This document shows, piece by piece, positions 22,201 through 30,437 of a stretch of DNA of 64,000 bases (its first letter is position 1; every line of letters starts with the position of its first letter). The position numbers were made by a program, and so were the translations under genes. Source of the stretch: Nitrospina sp. (GTDB lineage Bacteria; Nitrospinota; Nitrospinia; Nitrospinales; VA-1); assembly GCA_018653085.1 (NCBI GenBank), contig JABIAY010000053.1, forward strand, positions 64,561 through 128,560. The letters are read 5' to 3'. The notes under the pieces are model-generated. The model saw only the letters and a program-made list of their open reading frames with translations, made no database searches and was not told the DNA's origin.

Positions 22201-22461
22201 CAGGACAGTTACTTTTTCCTGAGAAATCTGGAGTGCGCCTTGCGGATCATTCGCCAGACCCCTACCAACACTCTTCCCAAAGACAATAAGGAGTTGGCAC
22301 CTTTGGCGCGGCTACTCGGATACGAAGGGGAGGACGCTGGAACCCTGGCGGGTTCCCTGCTCACCGATTATGACCGCCATACCCAACGGGTGCGAAAACA
22401 TTATCGCAAAACCATCGGCAATCTCCTCCGCTCCGGCCAAGCGGCCGGCGGCAACGTGTAA
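19285..22461 (+). CDS. glnE: Bifunctional glutamine synthetase adenylyltransferase / adenylyl-removing enzyme
   Basis: Two nucleotidyltransferase halves ([22 protein letters not shown] and [22 protein letters not shown]). ORF track starts at TTG 19261; ATG 19285 ([10 protein letters not shown]) is preferred. The last codons and the TAA stop lie inside a repeat unit. Confidence 0.9.
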   Translation: [1058 protein letters not shown]

Positions 22462-22545
22462 TAACTTTTTTAGCCGAGATGAGCTGTTGTTAGCAATAAA
22501 AAGTTATTGCAAGCTGGGTCCAGCGTCACGCTGGCGCCTAGCGGT
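22428..22545. repeat. Repeat locus R3 between convergent glnE and cimA
   Basis: Hairpin CCGGCC aagc GGCCGG (22433-22448) + GTGTAATAACTTTT, facing an inverted A unit TAGCCGAG..TTAGCAATAAAAAGTTATTGCA + CCAGCGTCACGCTGG (22520-22534) + CGCCTAG. Both flanking stop codons lie in the repeat. Confidence 0.85.
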
Positions 22546-24097
22546 TGAGTTTGTAGTCGATGCTGTCGATCAGGGCTTGCCAGCTGGCCTCGATGATATT
22601 TTCGGAGACGCCGACTGTGCCCCATTTGGAATGATGGTCGCCAGATTCCACCAGCACCCGTGTTTTGGCGCGGGTGCCTTTTTTTTCTTCCAGGATGCGT
22701 ACTTTGTAGTCGTAGAGGTTGACCTCTTCAAGTTCCGGGTAAAATTTAACCAGGGCCTTTTTGATGGCTTTGTCTAAAGCATTGACCGGGCCAGTCCCCT
22801 CGGCGGCGGAAACCTCCTGCACACCGTTGACTCTTAGTTTGACCGTGGCTTCGGAGATAGGTTCTTCGTCTTCCTGGCGTTTTTCAACGATGACGCGGAA
22901 TCCGATAAACTCGAAAAAGGTTTCTTTCTGCCCCAGTGCATCACGCATCATCAGTTCAAAAGAGGCCTCTGCACCTTCGTACTGAAAGCCCAGGTTTTCG
23001 GACTCTTTCAGCGACGTAAGAATTTTCTGGACCTTCGGATCCTTGTCGTCCACATTTAATCCATACTCCTTGGCCTTGTGCAGTACATTGCTTTTCCCGG
23101 AAAGATCGGAAACCAGAATGCGCTGGTGGTTGCCCACTTTTTCAGGCTGGACATGCTCATAGGTTTGAGCATTTTTTCGCACAGCACTGACATGTACACC
23201 GCCTTTATGGGCGAACGCACTTTTCCCTACAAACGGTTGTTGATTCCAATGTGCTTTATTGGCCAGCTCATCCACAAATGCAGAAACTTCTTTCAGGGAT
23301 TGCAGTTGTTCATCGGTGACGCAGTTGATCCCCATTTTGATTTTCAGGTTGGGGATGATGGAAACCAGATTCGCGTTACCACAGCGCTCGCCATAACCGT
23401 TGACAGTGCCCTGCACCTGCTCGGCTCCGGCCTGAACAGCATTGAGCGAGTTGGCAACGGCTACCTCTGAATCGTTATGGGCATGGATTCCCATTTTAAC
23501 GGAAACGGATTTTTTAACTTCTTCAAAGATTGCACGCACTTCATGCGGAAGCGACCCGCCATTGGTATCGCACAGGATGATCCAGTCAGCTCCCGCCGAT
23601 TCCGCTTCTTTGACAGCCTTGAGGGCGTATTGCGGATTATTCTTGTAGCCGTCGAAAAAATGTTCGGCATCAAAGAGAACCTCATCACGATGTTTTTTCA
23701 AATAGGCGACGCTCTCAAAGATCATGCGCAGATTTTCATCCAGACTGGTGGACAAGGCATCTTTCACGTGCAGGTCCCAGGATTTTCCGAAGAGAGTCAC
23801 TACCTGAGTTTCGGTTTTCAACAGAGCCTGCAAAACGGTATCGTCTTCCACTTTTTTGTCCGGATAGCGGGTACTGCCGAAGGCGGTGATCCGGGTTTGC
23901 GAAAAGTGGGCGCGCTGAGCCTTCTCAAAAAAATCGATATCTCTGGGATTTGATCCGGGCCAGCCTCCTTCAACATAATGCACTCCCAGTTCGTCCAGTT
24001 TGTGGGCGATGCGGATTTTATCCTCAACGGTGAAGGAGACACCTTCTGCCTGGGACCCGTCTCTGAGTGTGGTGTCGTATATTTTTACAGAGCTCAT
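22538..24097 (-). CDS. cimA: (R)-citramalate synthase (isopropylmalate synthase family)
   Basis: 519 aa. N-terminal [19 protein letters not shown]-barrel motif and a C-terminal LeuA-dimerisation-like domain. Length and sequence pattern match the CimA type rather than LeuA. Confidence 0.8.
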   Translation of the reverse strand: MSSVKIYDTTLRDGSQAEGVSFTVEDKIRIAHKLDELGVHYVEGGWPGSNPRDIDFFEKAQRAHFSQTRITAFGSTRYPDKKVEDDTVLQALLKTETQVVTLFGKSWDLHVKDALSTSLDENLRMIFESVAYLKKHRDEVLFDAEHFFDGYKNNPQYALKAVKEAESAGADWIILCDTNGGSLPHEVRAIFEEVKKSVSVKMGIHAHNDSEVAVANSLNAVQAGAEQVQGTVNGYGERCGNANLVSIIPNLKIKMGINCVTDEQLQSLKEVSAFVDELANKAHWNQQPFVGKSAFAHKGGVHVSAVRKNAQTYEHVQPEKVGNHQRILVSDLSGKSNVLHKAKEYGLNVDDKDPKVQKILTSLKESENLGFQYEGAEASFELMMRDALGQKETFFEFIGFRVIVEKRQEDEEPISEATVKLRVNGVQEVSAAEGTGPVNALDKAIKKALVKFYPELEEVNLYDYKVRILEEKKGTRAKTRVLVESGDHHSKWGTVGVSENIIEASWQALIDSIDYKLNR

Positions 24098-24112
24098 ATC
24101 TAAATAATTTTT

Positions 24113-25372
24113 TTATTGGTTTTTCTTTTTGTTTTTTTTCTTGGCGGGTTTGTCTGCAAGTTTAAAAGCAGTGTGCAAAGCGTTGGCCGCCAGTTTGGAA
24201 TGTTTTTGTTCAATGATGCAGGACACTTTGATCTCTGAGGTGCTGATCATTAATATGTTAACTTTATTGGCCGACAGGGTTTTGAAAATTTGCGCCGCCA
24301 CTCCTGAGTGACTGCGCATGCCTGCTCCGACAATGGAAATTTTAACGATTTTGGCATCGGCACTGACTTGGGTGGCATGGATTTTCTTTGCCACTTTATT
24401 CATGATGACCATGGCTTCATCGAGTTCTTCCCGCTGTAGCGTGAACGACATGTCAGTATGTCCCTGCTCGCTGACATTCTGAATGATCATATCAACGGAG
24501 ATGGCTGCCTTTGCCAAAGGTTCAAAAATATTGGCGGCAATACCCGGTTGATCGGGAACTTCCTTCAGGGTGATTTTTGCCTGGTTCTTGTCGCACATGA
24601 TTCCGGAAACTACCGGTTGTTCCATATTCGGATCCTCCTCGCAGATCAAAGTTCCCTTGTATCCTTCCTTGAAAGAAGATTTAACAATCAGGGGCATCTT
24701 ATATTTATGAGCAAACTCGACACAACGGATTTGCAGGACGTTGGCTCCCAGGCTGGCCATTTCCAGCATCTCATCATACGATACCACATCCAGCTTTCTG
24801 GCTTCCGGCACCATTCTCGGATCGGTGGTATAAACTCCATCAACATCGGTACAGATTTCGCATTGCCGGGCTCCCAGCGCAACTGCCAGGGCTACCGCTG
24901 AGGTGTCCGATCCGCCCCGTCCTAAAGTCGTTACATCGCCTTCCGGGTTGATGCCCTGGAATCCGGCGACCACGATCACATGATTTTCTTTCAGCATTTT
25001 GCGCGCCCGCTGGGCATCAATATTCATGATGCGGGCGCGGGTGTGAGTGCTGTCTGTTTGCAGGCCGATCTGCCTTCCCGTCATGGAAAGGGCGGGAATG
25101 CCACGGGCTTGCAGAGCGATGGTCAGCAGGGCGGCCGAAATGCGCTCGCCGGATGACAAGAGTAGATCGATTTCTCTGCGAGTCGGATTTTTAGCCAGGC
25201 TCCGTGCCATTTTCAATAGCTTATCGGTTTCCCCTCCCATGGCGGAAACCACGACTACGATATCAACACCGGTCTTTCGGGTTTTAACGATTTGGTCGGC
25301 AACCAGTTCGATTCGTTCCAGGGTTCCCACCGAGGTGCCGCCATATTTTTGTACAATCAAAGATTTGTTCAT
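24113..25372 (-). CDS. lysC: Aspartate kinase (monofunctional)
   Basis: 419 aa. VQKYGGTSV N-terminus, kinase domain, two C-terminal ACT domains, and a Lys-rich tail KKKNKKKNQ. Confidence 0.93.
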   Translation of the reverse strand: MNKSLIVQKYGGTSVGTLERIELVADQIVKTRKTGVDIVVVVSAMGGETDKLLKMARSLAKNPTRREIDLLLSSGERISAALLTIALQARGIPALSMTGRQIGLQTDSTHTRARIMNIDAQRARKMLKENHVIVVAGFQGINPEGDVTTLGRGGSDTSAVALAVALGARQCEICTDVDGVYTTDPRMVPEARKLDVVSYDEMLEMASLGANVLQIRCVEFAHKYKMPLIVKSSFKEGYKGTLICEEDPNMEQPVVSGIMCDKNQAKITLKEVPDQPGIAANIFEPLAKAAISVDMIIQNVSEQGHTDMSFTLQREELDEAMVIMNKVAKKIHATQVSADAKIVKISIVGAGMRSHSGVAAQIFKTLSANKVNILMISTSEIKVSCIIEQKHSKLAANALHTAFKLADKPAKKKNKKKNQ

Positions 25373-26562
25373 AACTGGTTTGTCAGAAACGCGGTCAATA
25401 AATCGGGGGCGTTATCGAATCGTTTTCCTGTTTCTAAAAGTTGTTCATCATACCGCCTGGTGTTTCCCGATGCGGCGGGATAAACCAGATAGGGAACTAC
25501 AGACCGTTCGTATTTCATCGATTGAGCGGAGCTGACATGGTTGACCACTACCATCATTTTTATATTTTCTTTTGTCTCCAGTGCCTGGGCCAGGGGCCCA
25601 ATGACCTGAGCATCGAAATCTTCGATCATTAAAATCTTATCGTCAACATCGCCTTTGAGCGAAACTTCTTCTCCCGCAGAAATGTGCAGGAAAACGACAT
25701 CTTTGCTTTCCAGTTCTTTGAGTACCGCGGAAACTTTTGCGGAATAATTGGTGTCACAAAATCCGGTTGCCCCTTCCACTTCCACAACGTCCATTCCGGT
25801 GAGCTTACCGATGCCCTTAACCATCAAAGATGCGGAGATTAAAGACGCGCATTTGTCATACCGTTCCCGGAAGGAAGGCAGGTTGGCGAGCTCGCCATTT
25901 CCCCAAAACCAGATACTGTTAACCGGATCTTTTTGTTCGGCAACACGTTTTTTGTTGTAGGCATGGTTGTGCAAAATAATTTGCGCCTGATTCATCACGA
26001 AGACCAGTTCGCGAGTTGCGTTTCCCTCCGGCATGAACTGGCGGATTCCTTCGCCGATGAGCTCGTTGGGCGGAGACAACCTTTCTGAAATCGGCGGAAT
26101 TTTTATAAACATCAGGTTGTGATACCCGCCACCATGATGAAACGTAACCGGAGCTTCGACCACTTGCTCTTTAAGGGCATCCATGAGAAGGCCGGAATCA
26201 TCATGTGAAAGATGCTCGCCAGTATAATCTTTCATAACCATATCATCATGGGTGGGTTGCAGGGTGACCAGATCGCAACAGAGCGCGACCTCATCCGGCG
26301 CAGGTTTTACCCCCAGTCCCATTGCTGAAAGCTGGGCGTGGCCCGAAGCATATTTTTGTGGGTCCAGGCCCAGAAGTCCCAGACAGGAGACCTCGTTTCC
26401 CGGATGTAAATCATCCGGTATGGTTTGAACGGGTCCACACGTTGCGTTTTGCGTCAGGGCATCCAGATTGGGGGTGTCGGCCAACTGCAAAGGGGTTTTA
26501 TTATCTTTTTCCGCGAAAGGCCTGTCTGTCAGACCCGCCACAATAACAACTAAATATTTCAT
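25369..26562 (-). CDS. Cofactor-independent phosphoglycerate mutase-like protein (ApgM/alkaline-phosphatase superfamily); candidate non-orthologous homoserine kinase
   Basis: About 397 aa from the internal start MKYLVVIVAGLTDRP (26562); the ORF track extends to 26613. Its stop overlaps the lysC start (ATGA). Confidence 0.7.
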   Translation of the reverse strand: MKYLVVIVAGLTDRPFAEKDNKTPLQLADTPNLDALTQNATCGPVQTIPDDLHPGNEVSCLGLLGLDPQKYASGHAQLSAMGLGVKPAPDEVALCCDLVTLQPTHDDMVMKDYTGEHLSHDDSGLLMDALKEQVVEAPVTFHHGGGYHNLMFIKIPPISERLSPPNELIGEGIRQFMPEGNATRELVFVMNQAQIILHNHAYNKKRVAEQKDPVNSIWFWGNGELANLPSFRERYDKCASLISASLMVKGIGKLTGMDVVEVEGATGFCDTNYSAKVSAVLKELESKDVVFLHISAGEEVSLKGDVDDKILMIEDFDAQVIGPLAQALETKENIKMMVVVNHVSSAQSMKYERSVVPYLVYPAASGNTRRYDEQLLETGKRFDNAPDLLTAFLTNQL

Positions 26563-26657
26563 TTCTTTAGGGATAAAGGGATTGCGAACTTGCGTGTAAC
26601 CAAGGGTCAACAATTATAACTTAATTTTTCTATTTCCCCAACTTATTGAGAAACAAA

Positions 26658-26734
26658 CCACTAGACGCCGGGCACCGCCCGGAGGAAATGGACAATGACT
26701 CTAGCTGGCGAGCAACTGTGTTCTCGGCTTGCGA
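26658..26734 (+). repeat. Repeat locus R4 (A unit with variant hairpin)
   Basis: CCACTAGACG + CCGGGC acc GCCCGG (26668-26682) + ..CAATGACTCTAGCTGGCGAGCAACTGTGTTCTCGGCTTGCGA. Confidence 0.8.
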
Positions 26735-26992
26735 TATTCTTTCTTGCTATCTGCCTCCCCTGTTTTAAAAAGTTCGGCTGGCAAATATTGCAGGATCCGA
26801 CATTGATTTTTCGGTTTTTAAGGCCGGGGTGAAGTCGAGTTTTATTTTTAAAATCAGACTGTTATGGACGCAAAAAGGCTTTTATGATACTGTTTCACGA
26901 TGTGGGATAAGGCGACTTTGCCGATTTCCTAATGAAAAATTTTAGTTTTACTGAATGCTGGACCACCTGGTCGGGGAGAAGAAGGAGAGCTT

Positions 26993-27880
26993 ATGTATGA
27001 AGTCAAAGAGATTTGCAGAAACGGCGAATCTCTACCCCTCACTACTACTGATGGATCTCTAAGGATTGTATTTATTGGAACAGGCTCTGCATTTGCCAAG
27101 CGCAGGCGCCAGTCCAATATATTGGTCATTCAGGGAAACCATCATGTCTTGATAGATTGTGGTACCCAGGGGCCTTTAGCGCTCAACGATTTGGGATTGA
27201 GTGTTTTGGATGTGCGTTGCTACTTACCCACCCACAGCCATGCGGACCATATTGGCGGGTTGGAGGAAGTTGCCCTGATGAATCGGTACACTCCCAACAT
27301 TTCTACGCCTGATATGATTATTTTGCGGGACTATCAGGATATTCTCTGGAGCAAGAGTCTAGCCGGTGGTTGCGAATATTGTGAAGCAAATCAGGGTCGG
27401 CCTCTGCAGTTGACCGATTTTTTTAACATTCTTCGTCCTCAGAATATTGAAATTGAGGGAAGAAAGTTTTGGGCCTACAAACACGGACCCATTGAGCTTG
27501 TCATCATGCGAACGCGGCATTTTCCTGATACTGCCATCAGCGTGGATGAGTCGCAGTGGTGCTCGGGAGTGTTCATCAACCGTAAAGTCTGGATTTCCGG
27601 GGATACTATGTTCGATGCGGACTACCCTATCCGTTTTGCCAAGTTGGCGGAAGTCATGTTTCATGACACGCAATTATTTTTCGGCGGTGTCCATGCTTCT
27701 TATCAGGAACTGATGACATTGCCCGAGGATGTCCGGAAAAAAATGCTTCTTTACCATTACGGAGATAACTGGGATAAGCCGGAAACCTGGGCCACCGGGT
27801 CGGATAAATATACCGGCGATCCGGTTAAAGACGGATTTTTGGGTTGGACTGAACAACGTACCGCTTACGATTTTTACTGA
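26993..27880 (+). CDS. Metallo-beta-lactamase-fold hydrolase
   Basis: 295 aa with the HxHxDH motif (THSHADHIGG) and downstream His/Asp ligands. Confidence 0.8.
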   Translation: MYEVKEICRNGESLPLTTTDGSLRIVFIGTGSAFAKRRRQSNILVIQGNHHVLIDCGTQGPLALNDLGLSVLDVRCYLPTHSHADHIGGLEEVALMNRYTPNISTPDMIILRDYQDILWSKSLAGGCEYCEANQGRPLQLTDFFNILRPQNIEIEGRKFWAYKHGPIELVIMRTRHFPDTAISVDESQWCSGVFINRKVWISGDTMFDADYPIRFAKLAEVMFHDTQLFFGGVHASYQELMTLPEDVRKKMLLYHYGDNWDKPETWATGSDKYTGDPVKDGFLGWTEQRTAYDFY

Positions 27881-27925
27881 TCTCTATATAAGCAGTAGTA
27901 AGAATTAACAGAGAAAGCCTCTAGT

Positions 27926-29170
27926 ATGAGTTACCAGATTACTCTAAATACCTGGTCGGGAGCTGATAAAACGGAAGCGGCCGGGAAGCTTGCCAAAGTG
28001 TTCCGGTTTGGCAACGAGAAGGCCATGACCATTGTGGATCATTTATGCCAGGGTTTGCCCTGGCGTTTTGACAGGCACTTTCCCGATCACCAGGCGGATT
28101 TGGTGTCTACCTATCTTCGGGGCCTGGGATTTGCCGTGGACATTCAGCCTGTCGAAGGCGAGATTGAGCCCCTGCCCGGTGCTACTGAAATAGTAGAGGC
28201 TCTGCAAGAAGAACCAGCCTCAGTTCCCATACCGACAGACAGCTACCGATTCAAGTTTCAGGGCGATGGTCGTTCTCTTTTCAACATCAGTTTTGTCAAC
28301 CTGATCAAGACGATATTCACCCTGGGTATTTACCAGTTCTGGGCGAAAACCAATGTCCGCCAGTATATCTGGTCGCAAAGTTTTTTTGCGGGAGACCGTT
28401 TTTCCTATCACGGTACTGCTAAAGAACTTCTGCGCGGGGCAATTCGGGTCGCGGGTATTTTAATTCTATTTGGTGTAATAAACGCGTATGCCTTTTTCAA
28501 CATGGGATTTCAGGAAGGTGAACTGATCTCCAACCTGATCTCCGTGTTCATTGTTGCCATGATCCCGGCACTTTTGGCAAGGGCCTGGAGGTACCGCCTT
28601 TCACGAACCGCTTGGCGCAATATCCGTTTTTCTTTTCGAGGAAAGGGGATGGATGCGTTCGTTTTATATTTTATCGGGGTTGTCCTCACGGTTTTGACTT
28701 TGGGTCTTTACTGGCCATTTTTCAAAATGAAAAGCGAAAAGTTCTGGCGTGAGAACTCCTGGTTCGGGGATGCGCAATTTAACTTCTCGGGTGTGGGAAA
28801 AGATTTTTTTGTGAAATTTATTATTGCTGTGATTCTCACTCCGCTTACACTGGGATTTTATCTGTTCTGGTTCGCCGCTGATCTGAAAAAGTACTTATGG
28901 TCCCATACCCATGTTGGCGGGGCGACCTTCCATTTCCCAATTACGGGAAAAGATTATATGCGTTTAAAGGTGACCAATTTTTTTATTATCTTGTTTACCC
29001 TTGGGCTGGGCTTCCCCTGGGTGGTGGTTCGCAATCAGAAGTTTGTGACCGACAATATGACTCTGGCAGGGAATATTGAATTGAACCGAATTGTCCAGCA
29101 AATGAAAGACAGTGGAGCATTTGGAGAAGAAAGTCTGGATGCCATAGACATTCCTATTGAAATCGGTTAA
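27926..29170 (+). CDS. DUF898 (YjgN-like) multi-pass membrane protein with an N-terminal soluble domain
   Basis: 414 aa. Repeated F.F.G....F.......I.TLG.Y..W pattern (FKFQGDGRSLFNISFVNLIKTIFTLGIYQFWAKT; FNFSGVGKDFFVKFIIAVILTPLTLGFYLFWF; FHFPITGKDYMRLKVTNFFIILFTLGLGFPWV), typical of DUF898. Confidence 0.7.
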   Translation: MSYQITLNTWSGADKTEAAGKLAKVFRFGNEKAMTIVDHLCQGLPWRFDRHFPDHQADLVSTYLRGLGFAVDIQPVEGEIEPLPGATEIVEALQEEPASVPIPTDSYRFKFQGDGRSLFNISFVNLIKTIFTLGIYQFWAKTNVRQYIWSQSFFAGDRFSYHGTAKELLRGAIRVAGILILFGVINAYAFFNMGFQEGELISNLISVFIVAMIPALLARAWRYRLSRTAWRNIRFSFRGKGMDAFVLYFIGVVLTVLTLGLYWPFFKMKSEKFWRENSWFGDAQFNFSGVGKDFFVKFIIAVILTPLTLGFYLFWFAADLKKYLWSHTHVGGATFHFPITGKDYMRLKVTNFFIILFTLGLGFPWVVVRNQKFVTDNMTLAGNIELNRIVQQMKDSGAFGEESLDAIDIPIEIG

Positions 29171-29222
29171 GGACGGCATTTCCAAACCCCTTGTCAGGGG
29201 AGAATAAGCCAAGGGCTTTTTC

Positions 29223-29286
29223 AGCCGAGACAACTTTTTGCTCGCCAGAGAAGGTTATTGCATACTGCCCCTCCGGCCAGGAGGGG
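29223..29286 (-). repeat. Repeat unit (inverted A unit) between the DUF898 and M48 genes
   Basis: The reverse complement reads CCCCTCC tggcc GGAGGGG CAGTATGCAATAACCTTCTCTGGCGAGCAAAAAGTTGTCTCGGCT. On the + strand its GGAGGGG arm contains the Shine-Dalgarno sequence of the M48 gene. Confidence 0.8.
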
Positions 29287-29291
29287 GTGCT

Positions 29292-30437
29292 ATGACTGCT
29301 CGAAAACTTCAATTTTCCGGTATTTTTTTTGATGGTAGAAGTTCCCAAAAACATCATGTCGATGTGGAACTCACTCCCCAGGAAATAATTCTCAAAGAGC
29401 CCGGCAATGAGCCGATCCGTTGGGCCTATCCCCACCTTCGTTGGGCCGCAGAAACCAGCCCCTTCCATATTGAACACCCTATTGCCGATAAAAATGGCGA
29501 GCACCTGGAAACTCTGGTTGTGGAGGACCGCGATTTTTATGCAAGTGTTTTAAAGATTGCGCCGGAAAGTTTTTCTGCTACCGCAAAGGGACCCAGTTTT
29601 AACTGGAAACTTTATTCTGCGGGGATGCTGGTTTTAGTTTTTTTTGCGTATGTATTTATTAAAACCGTTCCTTCGTTTCTGGCTGATCAGATGGTCGATA
29701 AAATTCCCGTTGAATGGGAAGTGACGGTGGGCCAGTCCATATTAAAAATGCTTCCGGTAGCGCAGAAACCCGATCCAGAAGTCCGCAAGGTTTTGCAGGA
29801 CACGGTTGATTTGCTGGAACAATCGGTGAAAGGCGATCAGCCTTATGACTTAAAGGTCTATATATTGCCGGTAAAACAGGTCAACGCGCTGGCTTTACCA
29901 GGTGGGCCCATCGTAATCTTTGAAGGCCTGCTATCTAAGGCAGAGTCGCCAGAGGAATTGGCTGGCGTGATCGCCCACGAAATTCAGCATATACTGCTCA
30001 GGCATTCCACCCGGGGGATTCTCCGGAACATGGCGGAGAGTATGTTGGTGTCTATTTTTCTGGGGGATGTGAATTCTGTCATGGAAGGGGTTATCAATCT
30101 CGCGGGGGAACTTGAAACGCTGGGATTGAGTCGTGAAATGGAAACGGAAGCAGACCAAAAGGGGATGGAATTGATTCTTGCCGCCAATATCGACCCGCAT
30201 GGAATGATTCGAATTTTTGAAAAGCTCATACAGGAGGAGTCGCCACAAAAAGAACTTCCAGAAGAAAAACCTATTTCGGAGGATAACGATATGGAATTTT
30301 CCTTTTATTTTTCCACCCATCCCTCTGGTCGGAATCGGTTGGCTCAGCTTGAGAAACAAATGGAATCGCATGAAAACAGAATTTGGACACCTCTTTTCCC
30401 AGATTTGGATTGGAACGATATTAAATCCGTAAATTAA
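29292..30437 (+). CDS. M48-family zinc metallopeptidase, membrane anchored
   Basis: HEIQHILLRH (HExxH) and downstream EMETEADQKG. One TM segment (LYSAGMLVLVFFAYVFI). Start set at ATG 29292 (GGAGG 7 nt upstream) because the ORF-track extension 29238-29291 is repeat sequence. Confidence 0.8.
   Translation: MTARKLQFSGIFFDGRSSQKHHVDVELTPQEIILKEPGNEPIRWAYPHLRWAAETSPFHIEHPIADKNGEHLETLVVEDRDFYASVLKIAPESFSATAKGPSFNWKLYSAGMLVLVFFAYVFIKTVPSFLADQMVDKIPVEWEVTVGQSILKMLPVAQKPDPEVRKVLQDTVDLLEQSVKGDQPYDLKVYILPVKQVNALALPGGPIVIFEGLLSKAESPEELAGVIAHEIQHILLRHSTRGILRNMAESMLVSIFLGDVNSVMEGVINLAGELETLGLSREMETEADQKGMELILAANIDPHGMIRIFEKLIQEESPQKELPEEKPISEDNDMEFSFYFSTHPSGRNRLAQLEKQMESHENRIWTPLFPDLDWNDIKSVN

Noticed and set aside
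22370-22777. A 135-aa plus-strand ORF spanning the glnE end, the repeat and the cimA 3' region.
   Set aside because: It overlaps two well-supported genes and a palindromic repeat, and its translation is low-complexity.
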